A DNA stretch of 64,000 nt from Candidatus Latescibacterota bacterium (GTDB lineage: Bacteria > Latescibacterota > UBA2968 > UBA8231): positions 128,001-192,000 of the forward strand of contig OZ220089.1 in NCBI GenBank assembly GCA_964291625.2. The letters run 5' to 3'. This document shows, in pieces, positions 29,571 through 39,734 of the stretch. Within the stretch, counting starts at the first letter, position 1; each line of letters starts with the position of its first letter. The position numbers and the translations under genes are program-made. Under the pieces are notes generated by a model. The model was not told where the DNA came from, did not search any database, and was given only the letters and a program-made list of their open reading frames with translations.

Positions 29571-31217
29571 TCATCGGTCCTCCTGCACCACGCGGAGGAC
29601 CTGGTCGGCGGCCACGCCGGGGATGCGCTGCGTCGAGCCATCGGGCCAGCGGACCTCCACGTCGGCCCGGGTGGCCCGGTCCAGCCCGAAGTGGAGACGC
29701 GGATCGTGGCTGGAGAGGTAGCTGCTTCCCGACTGCCGTTCCTTGACCTGACGCCGTCCGTCCGCCGTCACCGTCACCCGGGCGCCCAGGGCATCGGGAT
29801 GGCGCGCTCCGACGAGCTGGACGAAGAGCCAGCGGCGCCGGTTGCCGCCGTCGTTTCTCAGCAGCCGGGCCGAGGCGGCCACCGTCGTCACGAGGAGGTC
29901 CAGGTCGCCGTCGTTGTCGTAGTCGCCCACGGCCGTGCCGCGCCCGACATCCGGCTCGATGAACTGCGGCCCCAGCTCCGCCGAGACATCGGTGAAGCGG
30001 ACGCCGCCGTCGTTGCGGAACATCTGGTTCGGCTGGCGGTACCTCTGGGCCGGGTCGGCCTCCTGGACCCGGTGGACGACGTGGCCGTTGGCGACGAACA
30101 GGTCGAGATCGGCGTCGTTGTCGCAGTCGATGAACTTCATGCCGAACCCCAGTGGGAGCTTCGACGGCCCGTCCAGTCCGACCTCATCGGAGACGATGCC
30201 GAAGCGGCCCTGGCCCTCGTTCCGATACAAGGTGTTCGTCTCGCCGGCGAAGTTGGTGATGAAGAGATCCTGGTCGCCGTCGTTGTCGTAGTCCCCGAAG
30301 TCGACACCCATGCCGGCTTCGGGGTGGCCGAACTCGTTGTAGCGAGTGCCGCTGGTCAGTCCGACCTCGGCGAAGGTGCCGCGGCGGTTGTCGTAGAGGA
30401 AGTTCATGGTGCCGTCGTTGGCCACGTAGATGTCGGTGTCCCCATCCAGATCGTAGTCGGAGAAGGCGACTCCCAGGCCGCGGCCCTCCAGGGTGATGCC
30501 GACGGCGCGGGTCACGTCGGTGAAGCGGTCGCCGTCGTTGCGGTAGAGAATATCGTCGATCGGCTCGTAGACCGCGGGCTCGCAGTAGGAGCGATGGCCC
30601 GCGCCGTCGCCGCAAGGGACGTTGATCTCCAGGGTGAAGTGGACGTAGTTGGGGACGAAGAGGTCGATGTCCCCGTCCAGGTCGTAGTCGAGGAAGCCGG
30701 GGCTGCTGGCCCAGCGCGGGTCCCCCAGGCGGGCCTCGTCGGTGACGTCGGCGAAACGGCCGCCTCCCTCGTTCCGGAGCAGGACATTGGGCCCGAAGTT
30801 GGCCACGAACAGGTCCTGGTCGCCGTCGCCGTCGTAGTCGGCAGCCGCCACTCCCTGTCCGTACCCCGGATCGCCGGCGCCCGAGGCGGCGGTCACGTCC
30901 GAGAAGGTGCCGTCGCGCCGGTTGCGGAAGAGCCGGTTCACCGGTGGCTCTTCGGGAGGCCTGCCGGTCAGGTCGGTGCCGTTGACCAGGTAGATGTCCT
31001 GCCAGCCGTCGCCGTCGGCGTCGAAGAAGGCGGCGCCGGAGCCGTAGGTCTCCGGGTAGTAGAACTCCCCGGAGAAGCCGTTGTAATGGACGAAGTCGAG
31101 CCCGGAGGCGTCAGCGACATCCGGGAACCTGGGGAACCCCCCCGGGCCCTGCGACGGATCGCCGCAGGCCAGGGTACCCAGCACCGCGAGCAGGGCCGGG
31201 AGGGGAATCCGCGACAT
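29571..31217 (-). CDS. CRTAC1/ASPIC-UnbV family FG-GAP-repeat lipoprotein
   Basis: Lipobox TLAC; repeated D(Y/A)DxDGDxDLFV repeats; C-terminal GSSYLSSHDPRLHFGL..VRWPDG. Confidence 0.9.
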   Translation of the reverse strand: MSRIPLPALLAVLGTLACGDPSQGPGGFPRFPDVADASGLDFVHYNGFSGEFYYPETYGSGAAFFDADGDGWQDIYLVNGTDLTGRPPEEPPVNRLFRNRRDGTFSDVTAASGAGDPGYGQGVAAADYDGDGDQDLFVANFGPNVLLRNEGGGRFADVTDEARLGDPRWASSPGFLDYDLDGDIDLFVPNYVHFTLEINVPCGDGAGHRSYCEPAVYEPIDDILYRNDGDRFTDVTRAVGITLEGRGLGVAFSDYDLDGDTDIYVANDGTMNFLYDNRRGTFAEVGLTSGTRYNEFGHPEAGMGVDFGDYDNDGDQDLFITNFAGETNTLYRNEGQGRFGIVSDEVGLDGPSKLPLGFGMKFIDCDNDADLDLFVANGHVVHRVQEADPAQRYRQPNQMFRNDGGVRFTDVSAELGPQFIEPDVGRGTAVGDYDNDGDLDLLVTTVAASARLLRNDGGNRRRWLFVQLVGARHPDALGARVTVTADGRRQVKERQSGSSYLSSHDPRLHFGLDRATRADVEVRWPDGSTQRIPGVAADQVLRVVQEDR

Positions 31218-31240
31218 GGAAGCCGGAACGGTGCGCCGCC

Positions 31241-32830
31241 CTACCGGAGGGGCGACAGCAGCGTCACCACCAGCAGGGCCAAGCCGATCCAGCCCAGCAG
31301 GGCCTGGAGATTTGCGAGGAAGCGGAGCGCGCCGGTGGGGCGCCAGGATGTCTGGCCGGCGCGCACGAAGGTCTGCAGGCTGAAGAAGAGGCAGTCCAGG
31401 AGGGAGGCCCTCGCGCCGCCGGTGACCGGCACCAGTCCGCCGCGTCCGAGGCGGTACAGGAGGCCGAAGAGGAGGACGGCGGAGGCCGCGGCGCCGGCGA
31501 AGCGGCCGGGGTCGGTGCCGTAGCGAGTGCTCCGGCCGAACAGCTCCAGGCCCCAGCGGGCCGGGTCGGTCCAGCCGAGATGCCGGCGGCGCAGGTCCAT
31601 CCACTCGACGTGGCAGGCCTCGGCGTCGCGCAACCGGCCCTGGCGGCGCAACTGGGCCCCCAGGTCGGCGTAGACCGGCTCGAGGTCGTCGATCGACTCC
31701 GGGTCGGCCGCTGCCAGCCGCCCGCGCAACTCGGGCCAGCGAAAGCGCAACTCATCCCAGCGCGCCTCCTCCAGGTAGAGGGTGGCGCTGTCGCCGAAGG
31801 TGACCTGGGCTGAATCCGGCGCCAGAAGGGTGATCGTCGAGCTTCGGACCCGGCGCAGGTCCAGCCTCTTCTGGATCCTCCCGGCGAGGTTCAGCTCCCC
31901 GGAGAAGGTGCCGCCGCGGAAGTCCGCGTCCTTGCGGAAGTAGGCGCCAGCGAAGCCGATCTCCTCAAGAGCCCTGACGCCTGAGAAGCCCGCGGGATCG
32001 GCGAAGATGAACTCCTGAAAGGAGGCCGGGCCCTCGAAGCGGGCGCGGTCGAAGGAGACCTGGCGCTCGGCGCGGGCCTTGTCGAAGCGGGCGGTCCCGG
32101 CGAAGACGGACTCCCAGAAGAGGAGGCGGCCCCAGAAGCGGGACCCGGCGAAGGAGAGATCCGACCACTCCGTCTCCTTGAAGGAGGCGACGTCGCCGAA
32201 GGTCGCGCTGCGGAAGTCCGCGGGGACGCCGAAACGGGCGCCCTCGAAGTAGGCGCCGCTGCGGAACCGGACCCGGCGGAAGGTGCTCTCCGCGCCCTCG
32301 AAGCGGGTCTCGATGAAGGAGCCGACCCCCAGGAACTCGCTGTCGGTGAAGTCGGCTCCGGCGAGGAAGGCCGCCCCTCTCAGGTTGGCCTGCCGCTCGA
32401 CCTTGATGGACCCGAAGCCGGCGGCGGCGTCGAACCGCGCCCCCTGGAGGGAGAGGCCCCCGCCGAAGACCGATCCCTGGACCCGCACGGGGGCCAGGAA
32501 GACGACGCGAGGCAGAGAGACCTCCCCCGTAAAGCGCACGTCCTCCAGGTCGAGGGGGCGACGAACCGTGTCGAGCCCGGCCGACGCCCCGTCGAGGAAG
32601 CCCGTGACCTCGGCGTGACGGAGCCGGATGGGGGCCTCCGAGTCGCGCCCCATCCCGGCCAGAAGATCCGCCGCGGACAGCCGGGTGCGAGCCTCTTCGG
32701 GCGGCGAAGGGGCCGCCGCCGGGACCGGCCAGGGGAGGCCGAGACAGAGAATTGCCGGGAGGAACCAGGGGAATCCCCGTGGAGAAAGCCCGCCGGGGCG
32801 GGTGCGATGTCCTCCTCTGGGAGCAGGCAT
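31241..32830 (-). CDS. Pentapeptide-repeat protein with C-terminal two-helix, channel-like membrane domain
   Basis: Many A(D/S)FxxxxF repeats; TRYGTDP..TM..LFFSLQTF..P.G..RFLA..ALLG..TM. Start codon uncertain. Confidence 0.75.
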   Translation of the reverse strand: MPAPRGGHRTRPGGLSPRGFPWFLPAILCLGLPWPVPAAAPSPPEEARTRLSAADLLAGMGRDSEAPIRLRHAEVTGFLDGASAGLDTVRRPLDLEDVRFTGEVSLPRVVFLAPVRVQGSVFGGGLSLQGARFDAAAGFGSIKVERQANLRGAAFLAGADFTDSEFLGVGSFIETRFEGAESTFRRVRFRSGAYFEGARFGVPADFRSATFGDVASFKETEWSDLSFAGSRFWGRLLFWESVFAGTARFDKARAERQVSFDRARFEGPASFQEFIFADPAGFSGVRALEEIGFAGAYFRKDADFRGGTFSGELNLAGRIQKRLDLRRVRSSTITLLAPDSAQVTFGDSATLYLEEARWDELRFRWPELRGRLAAADPESIDDLEPVYADLGAQLRRQGRLRDAEACHVEWMDLRRRHLGWTDPARWGLELFGRSTRYGTDPGRFAGAAASAVLLFGLLYRLGRGGLVPVTGGARASLLDCLFFSLQTFVRAGQTSWRPTGALRFLANLQALLGWIGLALLVVTLLSPLR

Positions 32831-32931
32831 GGCGGTCCGGGTCTACGGCGAGCGGAAGTCCTTCCGGCTTGGACAGAGATTCGACAAAGGGCCACCTTGA
32901 CGCAACCGTTGCCCCCCGTCCTCCCATGCAG

Positions 32932-32967
32932 TTTGATAGCGTCCTGCCCCGATATACTATTCATAGT
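32932..32967 (+). promoter_or_regulatory. Candidate promoter and operator for the exported-protein cluster
   Basis: TTGATA-16 nt-TACTAT; inverted repeat ACTAT-tc-ATAGT (32956-32967) overlaps the -10 box. Confidence 0.5.
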
Positions 32968-33069
32968 GCAGCACAGGAACTTGGATGGTGTCCGGAGTCC
33001 TTTTTGCGGACCCCGTCCGTTACCCTAACTTAGGGCCTGCCACCCGTAAAACGGGCTGAAGCGAAGCTC

Positions 33070-35250
33070 ATGAAACCTCTTGCCCTCTGCGCCAGCGCCG
33101 TTCTCGTGCTCAGCACGGCCGCCTCCGCCGAGGTCGTCGTCCTGGGGGGCCCCGGGAGTCCCTGGGAGGAGGGCGGAGGCGGGATCCCGGCGCAGGTGAT
33201 CCGCGGCGAGTCCGTGGAGGACACCAACACCCCGGGCGGCGTCATCGACTTCTCGGTCGAGGGCTACGACAACTGGATCTTTCCCCAGCGCGCCGACCCG
33301 GAGCTGAACATCGCGGTCGGTACCCTCGGGCGCGGCGGCGAGATCTCCACTCCCACCCACCGGGCCATCCGCAACGATCTCGGGAAGATCATCGACGACA
33401 GAGGCACCACAGGGCTGGATCTCCGCGAGACACCGGTCCTGGGCCTGATCGTCGACCTGGATCTCGGCGCCCGCTTCGGGGTCAATCGCTTCCGCTTCTT
33501 CCCCCGCAACGCCCTTCCGGAGATGCCGGCCGCCGACTTCCCCTTCCAGAACGACTTCCTGCGCGGCTACGAGCTCTTCCTCAACGACGGCACACCCGAG
33601 TCGGCAAGCCAGGGAAGGCCGATCCTCACGAGCGTGGCCGTGGAGGGGCAGAACGAGGAACCCGTCGTCGAGATCCGCATCCCGGCCCAGTACGTCCGGC
33701 TCATCCGCCTCAAGTCGCTCACCGCGGTCGGATTCGACCTGGCCGAGTTCCAGGTCTTCGGGACCGGTTTCGTGCCCGAGGCGGCCTACATCTCCAACAT
33801 CATCGACTTCGGCGCGCCGACCCTTCTCGGCAACCTCCGCTGGGCCCAGGATAAGGTGGGAGACGAGGTCTTCTCACGGATCAGGGTGCGCACCCGCTCG
33901 GGGATCGACCCCCAGCCCCTGATCTTCAACAAGATCCGCCCCGCCGAGGACATCTTCCGCATCTCCGGCCAGTTCTCTCCGCGAGAGTCCCACGTGCCCT
34001 GGAAGTTCGCCGACAAGGTCGACGACCCCGAGCTCAAGGCGCTCGTCGAGAACGTCCTGGACAACATCGATGTCGACATCCGCGACGCCACCCAGACTTT
34101 CAACGAGCTGTCCCTCGAACAGCGCGAGGAGCTCAGTCTGACCGAGGCGGACCACGGATCCCTGGCCCGGAAGGACAGGGGCGCGATCCGCCACGACGTG
34201 ACCGGCTGGAGCGAGTGGTCAGCGGTCTATCCCGCCGAGGCCGTGGTCGCGGCCGACGACCTCGAGGTGGAAGGGCTCGGCGTCCCGATCGTCTCGCCCA
34301 GTCCGCGGCGGTACTTCCAGGTACTGATCGAGTTCTACAGCGATGAGTTCGAATCGGCCACCGGCGTCGGCGGACTCGCCTTCGACGTTCTCACCCGGCC
34401 CTTCTCCCGGGCTCTCGTCGGGGAGATCCGGCCGCGAAGGACGGAACTCGGGGAGAAGACCCGGTTCACCTACGCGGTCCGCACCCTCTTCGAGCCGGGC
34501 CGCGACCGGGGTTTTGACCGGTTGAAGATCCAGACGCCCCTGCGCGTGGAGGAGGTGGGATCGGTGGAGATCCGGCGGTCCGACGGCACCGTGGAGTCGG
34601 CGGACTTCACCGGCAGCTCCCTGTCGGACCCGAGTCTGCCCGTGGCCCGGGGAGACTTCTCCATCCTCGAGGTGGAGGAGAAGTCCTTCACCGTAGGGTT
34701 CCCGGCCGTGGCCGAGGACGGGGTCGAGCTGCGCGTCACCTTCGACAACGCCGTGCTCCGCTTCGGCACGACCTTCTCCGGCCAGGCCCTGAACTCGGAG
34801 ACCGGCAACCTGCTGGGACAGCACCTTCTCCCCGGCAACGCCGCCGATCTGGGAGAGGGCGACGGCGACACCCTCCCGCTGGGCTCGCAGGTGGCGGGCA
34901 ACCTGGCCGTAAACGTGGGGATCACCGACGACCTCCTCGTCAACGTGAAAGCCTCGCCGGCGGTGATCACGCCCAACGGTGACGGGGCCAACGACGAGAG
35001 CTCGATCGGCTACGACCTGACCACGATCGGCGCGCCGACGCCGGTGGAGGTCGTCCTTCGCGACCTCTCCGGCCGTCCGGTCCGCCGCCTGTACGCCGGG
35101 AACGACGTGAGCGGACGCTTCGCCCTGCCCTGGGACGGCCGCGATGACTCCGGCCGGATCGTGCCGCCGGGAAACTACGTCTTCAGCGTGACGGTTGACG
35201 CGAAGACGGGACAGGCGCGGGCCTTCGGCACCGTCGCCGTGACCTACTAG
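33070..35250 (+). CDS. Exported protein with discoidin-like region and C-terminal FlgD-Ig/T9SS-CTD-like domain (paralogue A)
   Basis: Signal peptide (ASA-E); DLGARFGVNRFRFFPR; C-terminus ITPNGDGAND..DLSGRPVR..WDGRDDSGRIVPPGNY..AVTY. Confidence 0.8.
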   Translation: MKPLALCASAVLVLSTAASAEVVVLGGPGSPWEEGGGGIPAQVIRGESVEDTNTPGGVIDFSVEGYDNWIFPQRADPELNIAVGTLGRGGEISTPTHRAIRNDLGKIIDDRGTTGLDLRETPVLGLIVDLDLGARFGVNRFRFFPRNALPEMPAADFPFQNDFLRGYELFLNDGTPESASQGRPILTSVAVEGQNEEPVVEIRIPAQYVRLIRLKSLTAVGFDLAEFQVFGTGFVPEAAYISNIIDFGAPTLLGNLRWAQDKVGDEVFSRIRVRTRSGIDPQPLIFNKIRPAEDIFRISGQFSPRESHVPWKFADKVDDPELKALVENVLDNIDVDIRDATQTFNELSLEQREELSLTEADHGSLARKDRGAIRHDVTGWSEWSAVYPAEAVVAADDLEVEGLGVPIVSPSPRRYFQVLIEFYSDEFESATGVGGLAFDVLTRPFSRALVGEIRPRRTELGEKTRFTYAVRTLFEPGRDRGFDRLKIQTPLRVEEVGSVEIRRSDGTVESADFTGSSLSDPSLPVARGDFSILEVEEKSFTVGFPAVAEDGVELRVTFDNAVLRFGTTFSGQALNSETGNLLGQHLLPGNAADLGEGDGDTLPLGSQVAGNLAVNVGITDDLLVNVKASPAVITPNGDGANDESSIGYDLTTIGAPTPVEVVLRDLSGRPVRRLYAGNDVSGRFALPWDGRDDSGRIVPPGNYVFSVTVDAKTGQARAFGTVAVTY

Positions 35251-35262
35251 GGAGGAGCGAGC

Positions 35263-38079
35263 TTGAGGGCAATCAGGCTTCTCGCCGTCACCGCCGCGCT
35301 GCTGTCCAGCGCCCCGGTGCTCGGCCAGCAGGACTACGGAACGCGGCTCGGACTCCAGCGCGGGGGCGAGGTGAGCTTCGCGCCCCAGGGTTCCGGGGTG
35401 CTCTTCGGGGCCCTCGATCCCTCGATCAAGAAGTGGTACATCCCGCAGGAGCTGTTCAACTACTACGGCTGGCGCCAGTGGGAGTACACCAACTACGCCC
35501 GGGAGCCCTACCAGCGCTACGTGGGAACGAACCGGGAAGGCGATTTCTTCTACGACGTCTACGGCAACTTCACCACCCACGGCTGGCTCATCTACGACTG
35601 GCGGCAGTTCCAGCCCCAGTCCGAGGGCAGCGGCATCTTCCAGTCGACTCGCTTCAACTCCTGGTTCAACGCGGTCACCGTCAGCGGCGACTCCCAGGGG
35701 CAGTACGCCTACTCCATCACCGTGGGGGACCGCATCCGCACGACCCTGACGCCGATGACCTTCTCCAAGCCGGGGTTCAACGGGGTGCAGATCGACTTCT
35801 CCTCCGACAAGTACCACGCCACGGTGCTGTCGTCGCGCATCAGCGAACCGATCCACGGCTCCTCCCAGGGCCTGGCGGGTGTCACCGCGCCGACCCGGCG
35901 GACGAACCTCACCTCCCTCTTCGGAGGCCGCGCCACCTTCCAGGTGGGCGACTTCATCCTCCTGGGCGCCACCGTGGTGAACGCCACCAACGGCACCACC
36001 GTCCTCGACATGTTCGACGGCGACCCGGTGGCCGGCAACCTGACCTCGGGGCAGAGCACGGCCCCCCTCACGGCGATCGCCGTCGTCCTGAGCGACGACT
36101 CGCCCGAGGACGGCAGCGGAGGCGCCGCCCTCTTCAGCCACGACGTGCGAATCACGGCGCGGAACTTCGACACGGGGGCGGAGACGGTCTACACGCTGAG
36201 CGACGTGGTGCGCCCCGGCAGCCAGTGGCCCATCGTCTTCGGTGGCGCCCCGGGCTCAGGCTTCCTCGCCGCCGACGGCGAGGAGCGCATCATCCTCAAC
36301 TACGACTTCAACGACCCGGCTTTCGCCCCGCCCGCGGGAGTCGATCCCACGACGATCGTCAGGATCGAGTTCGACTACGTCCTGGCCAACGACTACAAGG
36401 TCGAGTTGTGGTCCGACCGGCAGAGTGCCCGCCGGGGCATTCCCCAGGCTCCGCTCACCGCGGATGTCATCGACGAGGCCAGGCCCGCCCTCCTCACCCT
36501 GCGCCGGGCCGAGGGCAACGTCGCCGACCTGACGAACCTGCAGCGCATCCGCTTCGACTACGGGCTGCCTACGGCCAACCTCGTGGGCGGCTTCACCATC
36601 GAGGGGACCGGTCTCTTCGGCCTCGATTTCTACGGGGAGTGGGACCGCAACAAGCGCTACACCCAGTATCCGAACGCCGAGCTTTTCAATCTGCGGGAGC
36701 AGCACAAGATCGCGTCGGAGTCGTCAGACGCCTGGTACGTCAACCTGTCGCGGGACGAGTATCCCTGGTTCGCCTTCGGCGAGGCCTACTCCATCGACGG
36801 CGCCTACTCGACCACGGCCTACCTGGTCAACAACGAGGGCAACACCGTCTACGACGACACCCAGCTCTATTTCTACGAGTTCGTCGATGACAACGACGAC
36901 CAGGACAGTGCCCCGGACTGGATCCGTTTCGACTCGCCCAGGGACCGGGCCATCTACCCGGGGTGGGACCAGAACAACGACTTCATCTCCGACTTCAACC
37001 AGAACGACAACGCCTCGGCGAACAACACCATCCCCGACTACGACGAGCCCTTCCTACGCTATCGCGTCGATCGTCCGGAGTTCCTCTTCGGCATCGATCT
37101 GAACAACAACGACTGGATCGACCGATTCGAGGACGACGACCTGCCCGACTATCCATACAAGCCCGACCGGCAGGGCTACAACGCCTTCGCCGGCTACCAC
37201 CTGACCCCCTGGGCGCGGCTCTCCCTGGGCCGAACCGACGAAGAGTCGCCCTCCTCCGACGCGGCGAACCAGACGAACTACGCCCTCTTCACCGTCGATT
37301 GGCAGCAGGCGGGCCTCGGCCGTCTGCGCCTCTTCGACATGCTCAAGCTGGCCCGTGACACGATCCCCGACGACCGCCGGGAGCCCACCCCCCATGTCCT
37401 GGCCCTCACCGTCCAGCCCCTCGTGCGGGACATCCTGCCCGCCCAGGACACCTGGGTGAACTCGGCTTACGCCGAGCTGATTTTCGAGGGCGTCCCCCGG
37501 CTCCAGATGGTGCACAAGCTGAAGTGGGAGACCTACCGGCAGAACATGGAGGGCCCACGCGACAGCGACGGCCGGCGCCTGCGGAGCGAGACCGACTTCT
37601 TCGGTCTCATCAACAAGGCCGACTACACCCTCGGCCTGGGACGGTTCGACCTGCAGCCGCGGATCAAGAGCGAGTACCTGAGACGCCAGGCCTTTGCCCT
37701 GGTGGACCCACGCAGGGAGGAGTGGACCCTCACTCTGCAGCTCATCGGACGCCTGCCCGTCATGCGCCACACCGTCATCGAATCCGGCCTGGAGCAGCTC
37801 TGGTTCGGCGACCTGGTGCAGGACGAGGATACCCTTCTGGCCGAGGCGTTGCAGCGAGAGACGGGCGACTGGCGCTCGACCAACGTGGCCTTCCAACTGT
37901 CGACAACCTCCGACTACCTCGGCTACAAGCTCACGACCCAGGTCGGCTTGCGCCTGGGTCGCATTCTCACCGAGCAGGTCGTCGAGGAGGACGATCGTCC
38001 GGGCTCATTCGTCCTCGAGAACCAGGGGAAGACCGAGACGACGACTTTCATCACCGTCTACGCGGGGCTTGAGCAGTGA
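35263..38079 (+). CDS. Large exported protein, probably outer-membrane beta-rich, with Asp/Asn-rich Ca-binding-like loops (paralogue 1)
   Basis: TTG start after GGAGGAG; signal peptide; aromatic-rich alternating strands; C-terminus TFITVYAGLEQ. Function unknown. Confidence 0.75.
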   Translation: MRAIRLLAVTAALLSSAPVLGQQDYGTRLGLQRGGEVSFAPQGSGVLFGALDPSIKKWYIPQELFNYYGWRQWEYTNYAREPYQRYVGTNREGDFFYDVYGNFTTHGWLIYDWRQFQPQSEGSGIFQSTRFNSWFNAVTVSGDSQGQYAYSITVGDRIRTTLTPMTFSKPGFNGVQIDFSSDKYHATVLSSRISEPIHGSSQGLAGVTAPTRRTNLTSLFGGRATFQVGDFILLGATVVNATNGTTVLDMFDGDPVAGNLTSGQSTAPLTAIAVVLSDDSPEDGSGGAALFSHDVRITARNFDTGAETVYTLSDVVRPGSQWPIVFGGAPGSGFLAADGEERIILNYDFNDPAFAPPAGVDPTTIVRIEFDYVLANDYKVELWSDRQSARRGIPQAPLTADVIDEARPALLTLRRAEGNVADLTNLQRIRFDYGLPTANLVGGFTIEGTGLFGLDFYGEWDRNKRYTQYPNAELFNLREQHKIASESSDAWYVNLSRDEYPWFAFGEAYSIDGAYSTTAYLVNNEGNTVYDDTQLYFYEFVDDNDDQDSAPDWIRFDSPRDRAIYPGWDQNNDFISDFNQNDNASANNTIPDYDEPFLRYRVDRPEFLFGIDLNNNDWIDRFEDDDLPDYPYKPDRQGYNAFAGYHLTPWARLSLGRTDEESPSSDAANQTNYALFTVDWQQAGLGRLRLFDMLKLARDTIPDDRREPTPHVLALTVQPLVRDILPAQDTWVNSAYAELIFEGVPRLQMVHKLKWETYRQNMEGPRDSDGRRLRSETDFFGLINKADYTLGLGRFDLQPRIKSEYLRRQAFALVDPRREEWTLTLQLIGRLPVMRHTVIESGLEQLWFGDLVQDEDTLLAEALQRETGDWRSTNVAFQLSTTSDYLGYKLTTQVGLRLGRILTEQVVEEDDRPGSFVLENQGKTETTTFITVYAGLEQ

Positions 38080-39734
38080 GGCGTCTGCTCGTACCGGCGG
38101 CCGGACTCGCCCTCGTCATCTCCGGGTGCGGTTCCGATCCGGGGGAGCCCGTCCTGGCCACCGTCGCCGGCGATCCGATCACCCTCTCCGAGTTCCGCTC
38201 CTTCGCCGAGCGCATCCCGGAGGGTATGAAGGAAGGCGAGACGCCCTACGAGCGGGACCGCCAGCTCCTGGAGAGCCTGGTAGACAGGGAGCTGCTGCTG
38301 AAGGCCGCGTTGGACACCGGCGTCGAGTCCGACCCCGAGGTGCAGGACGATCTGGAGCAGTTCGAGCACCGGTACCTCCGCAAGCTGCACTATCGGGAGT
38401 ACATCGCCCGCCGGGTGACGATCACGCCGGAGGAAGTGGAGGCTCACCATCGCGCCACCGGGCGCCACCGGGCCCTGCGGCTGGGCGCCATCATGCTGCA
38501 TGAAGCGGCCGAGGCGGACTCGATTCACGCCCTCCTGAAGGCTGGAGCCGACTTCAAGACCCTGGCGAGAAAGCACTCGGTCCACGAGCCGACAGCCCCG
38601 AAAGGAGGAGACTTCGGCACCTATCTCGTCCGGGATTACATGCCCCCGGTGGCCGGCAAGGTGGCCGCAGACCTCGAGGTGGGGGCCTTCACCGAGCCCT
38701 TGCGCGAGACTCTGCGCCGCGTGGGCCGCTTCCACGTGATCTACATGGTTATCGACGAGGTCCCCTCCCCCCTGAGCGCTTCCGAGGGGATCGTCGTCGA
38801 GGAAGTGGCCCGGCGCAAGAGCGACGAGCGCATGCTGGAGTACCTCGACTCCCTGCGGTCCGTCTACCCCGTCCGGGTGCGCGGCGCGACGGTGCGCCTG
38901 GCGGCGGAGCGGATCTCCGAAGCCGGGGAAACCGGCCCCGACCTGAGCGACGCGGAAGTCGGGGAGGTGATCGCCACCTACGGCGACCGGGAGGTCACGT
39001 TGGGCCGTTTCTTCGAGATGGCGCGCCAGGCGCAGGCGAAGGGAGTCGAAGAGGCGGACAGCCTCGCCATCGCGCAACTGCTGGACGACCAGATCCTCTC
39101 GGAGCTGTTCATCCAGGCCGAGATCGAGGCCGCCGGGCTGCGGGAGGAGGCCGGCCTCCGCAAGGCGGTGGGCCTCAAGCGGCAGGAATTGCTCGTCACC
39201 GCCCTGCGGCGCCGCGAGGTGACCAGTCACGTCCGCGCTTCCGACGAAGAGGCCCGTCGGTTCTACGACGAGAATCCGGACCAGTTCACCCGGCCGGAGT
39301 ACACCTCCGTCGTCGAGATCGTCGTCGCCTCCGACACCATGGCCATGCGCCTGCGGCAGGAGCTGGAGGAGGGCGCCGACGCCGAGACGCTGGCGGCGGA
39401 GCACACCCTGCGCCCGGGGGCCGCCCATCACAACGGCCGGCTCAACGTGAGCATCTTCACCCGGAGCTTCTTTCCCGTCCTGGCCGAGAAGGTTTCCGAG
39501 GTGGAGGTCGGCGGCGTCGGAGGCCCCTTCGAGGTAGCCATGGGGCATTCCGTCTTCAAGGTGCTGGAGCGGGAGGCCTACAAGGACCCCTACAACGAGG
39601 AGTCGAAGCGCCGCGCCAGGGCCTACGTGCGCATCGCCAAGGCCCAGCGAGGGTACTCGGAGTATGTCCGCGGTCTCCGCGAGGAGTATCCCGTGCAGAT
39701 CTTCGAGGATCGGCTGCGAAGGATCGAGGGATGA
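38076..39734 (+). CDS. Lipoprotein foldase with duplicated SurA/PrsA-type chaperone plus parvulin modules
   Basis: Lipobox ISGC; VLATVAGDPITLSEF and VIATYGDREVTLGRF; DFKTLARKHS..KGGDFG. Confidence 0.8.
   Translation: MRRLLVPAAGLALVISGCGSDPGEPVLATVAGDPITLSEFRSFAERIPEGMKEGETPYERDRQLLESLVDRELLLKAALDTGVESDPEVQDDLEQFEHRYLRKLHYREYIARRVTITPEEVEAHHRATGRHRALRLGAIMLHEAAEADSIHALLKAGADFKTLARKHSVHEPTAPKGGDFGTYLVRDYMPPVAGKVAADLEVGAFTEPLRETLRRVGRFHVIYMVIDEVPSPLSASEGIVVEEVARRKSDERMLEYLDSLRSVYPVRVRGATVRLAAERISEAGETGPDLSDAEVGEVIATYGDREVTLGRFFEMARQAQAKGVEEADSLAIAQLLDDQILSELFIQAEIEAAGLREEAGLRKAVGLKRQELLVTALRRREVTSHVRASDEEARRFYDENPDQFTRPEYTSVVEIVVASDTMAMRLRQELEEGADAETLAAEHTLRPGAAHHNGRLNVSIFTRSFFPVLAEKVSEVEVGGVGGPFEVAMGHSVFKVLEREAYKDPYNEESKRRARAYVRIAKAQRGYSEYVRGLREEYPVQIFEDRLRRIEG

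Noticed and set aside
32968-33069. c-di-GMP-I riboswitch, suggested by gcacagg
   Set aside because: Lacks the GGCAAAC..GAAA..GACGCAAAG core.
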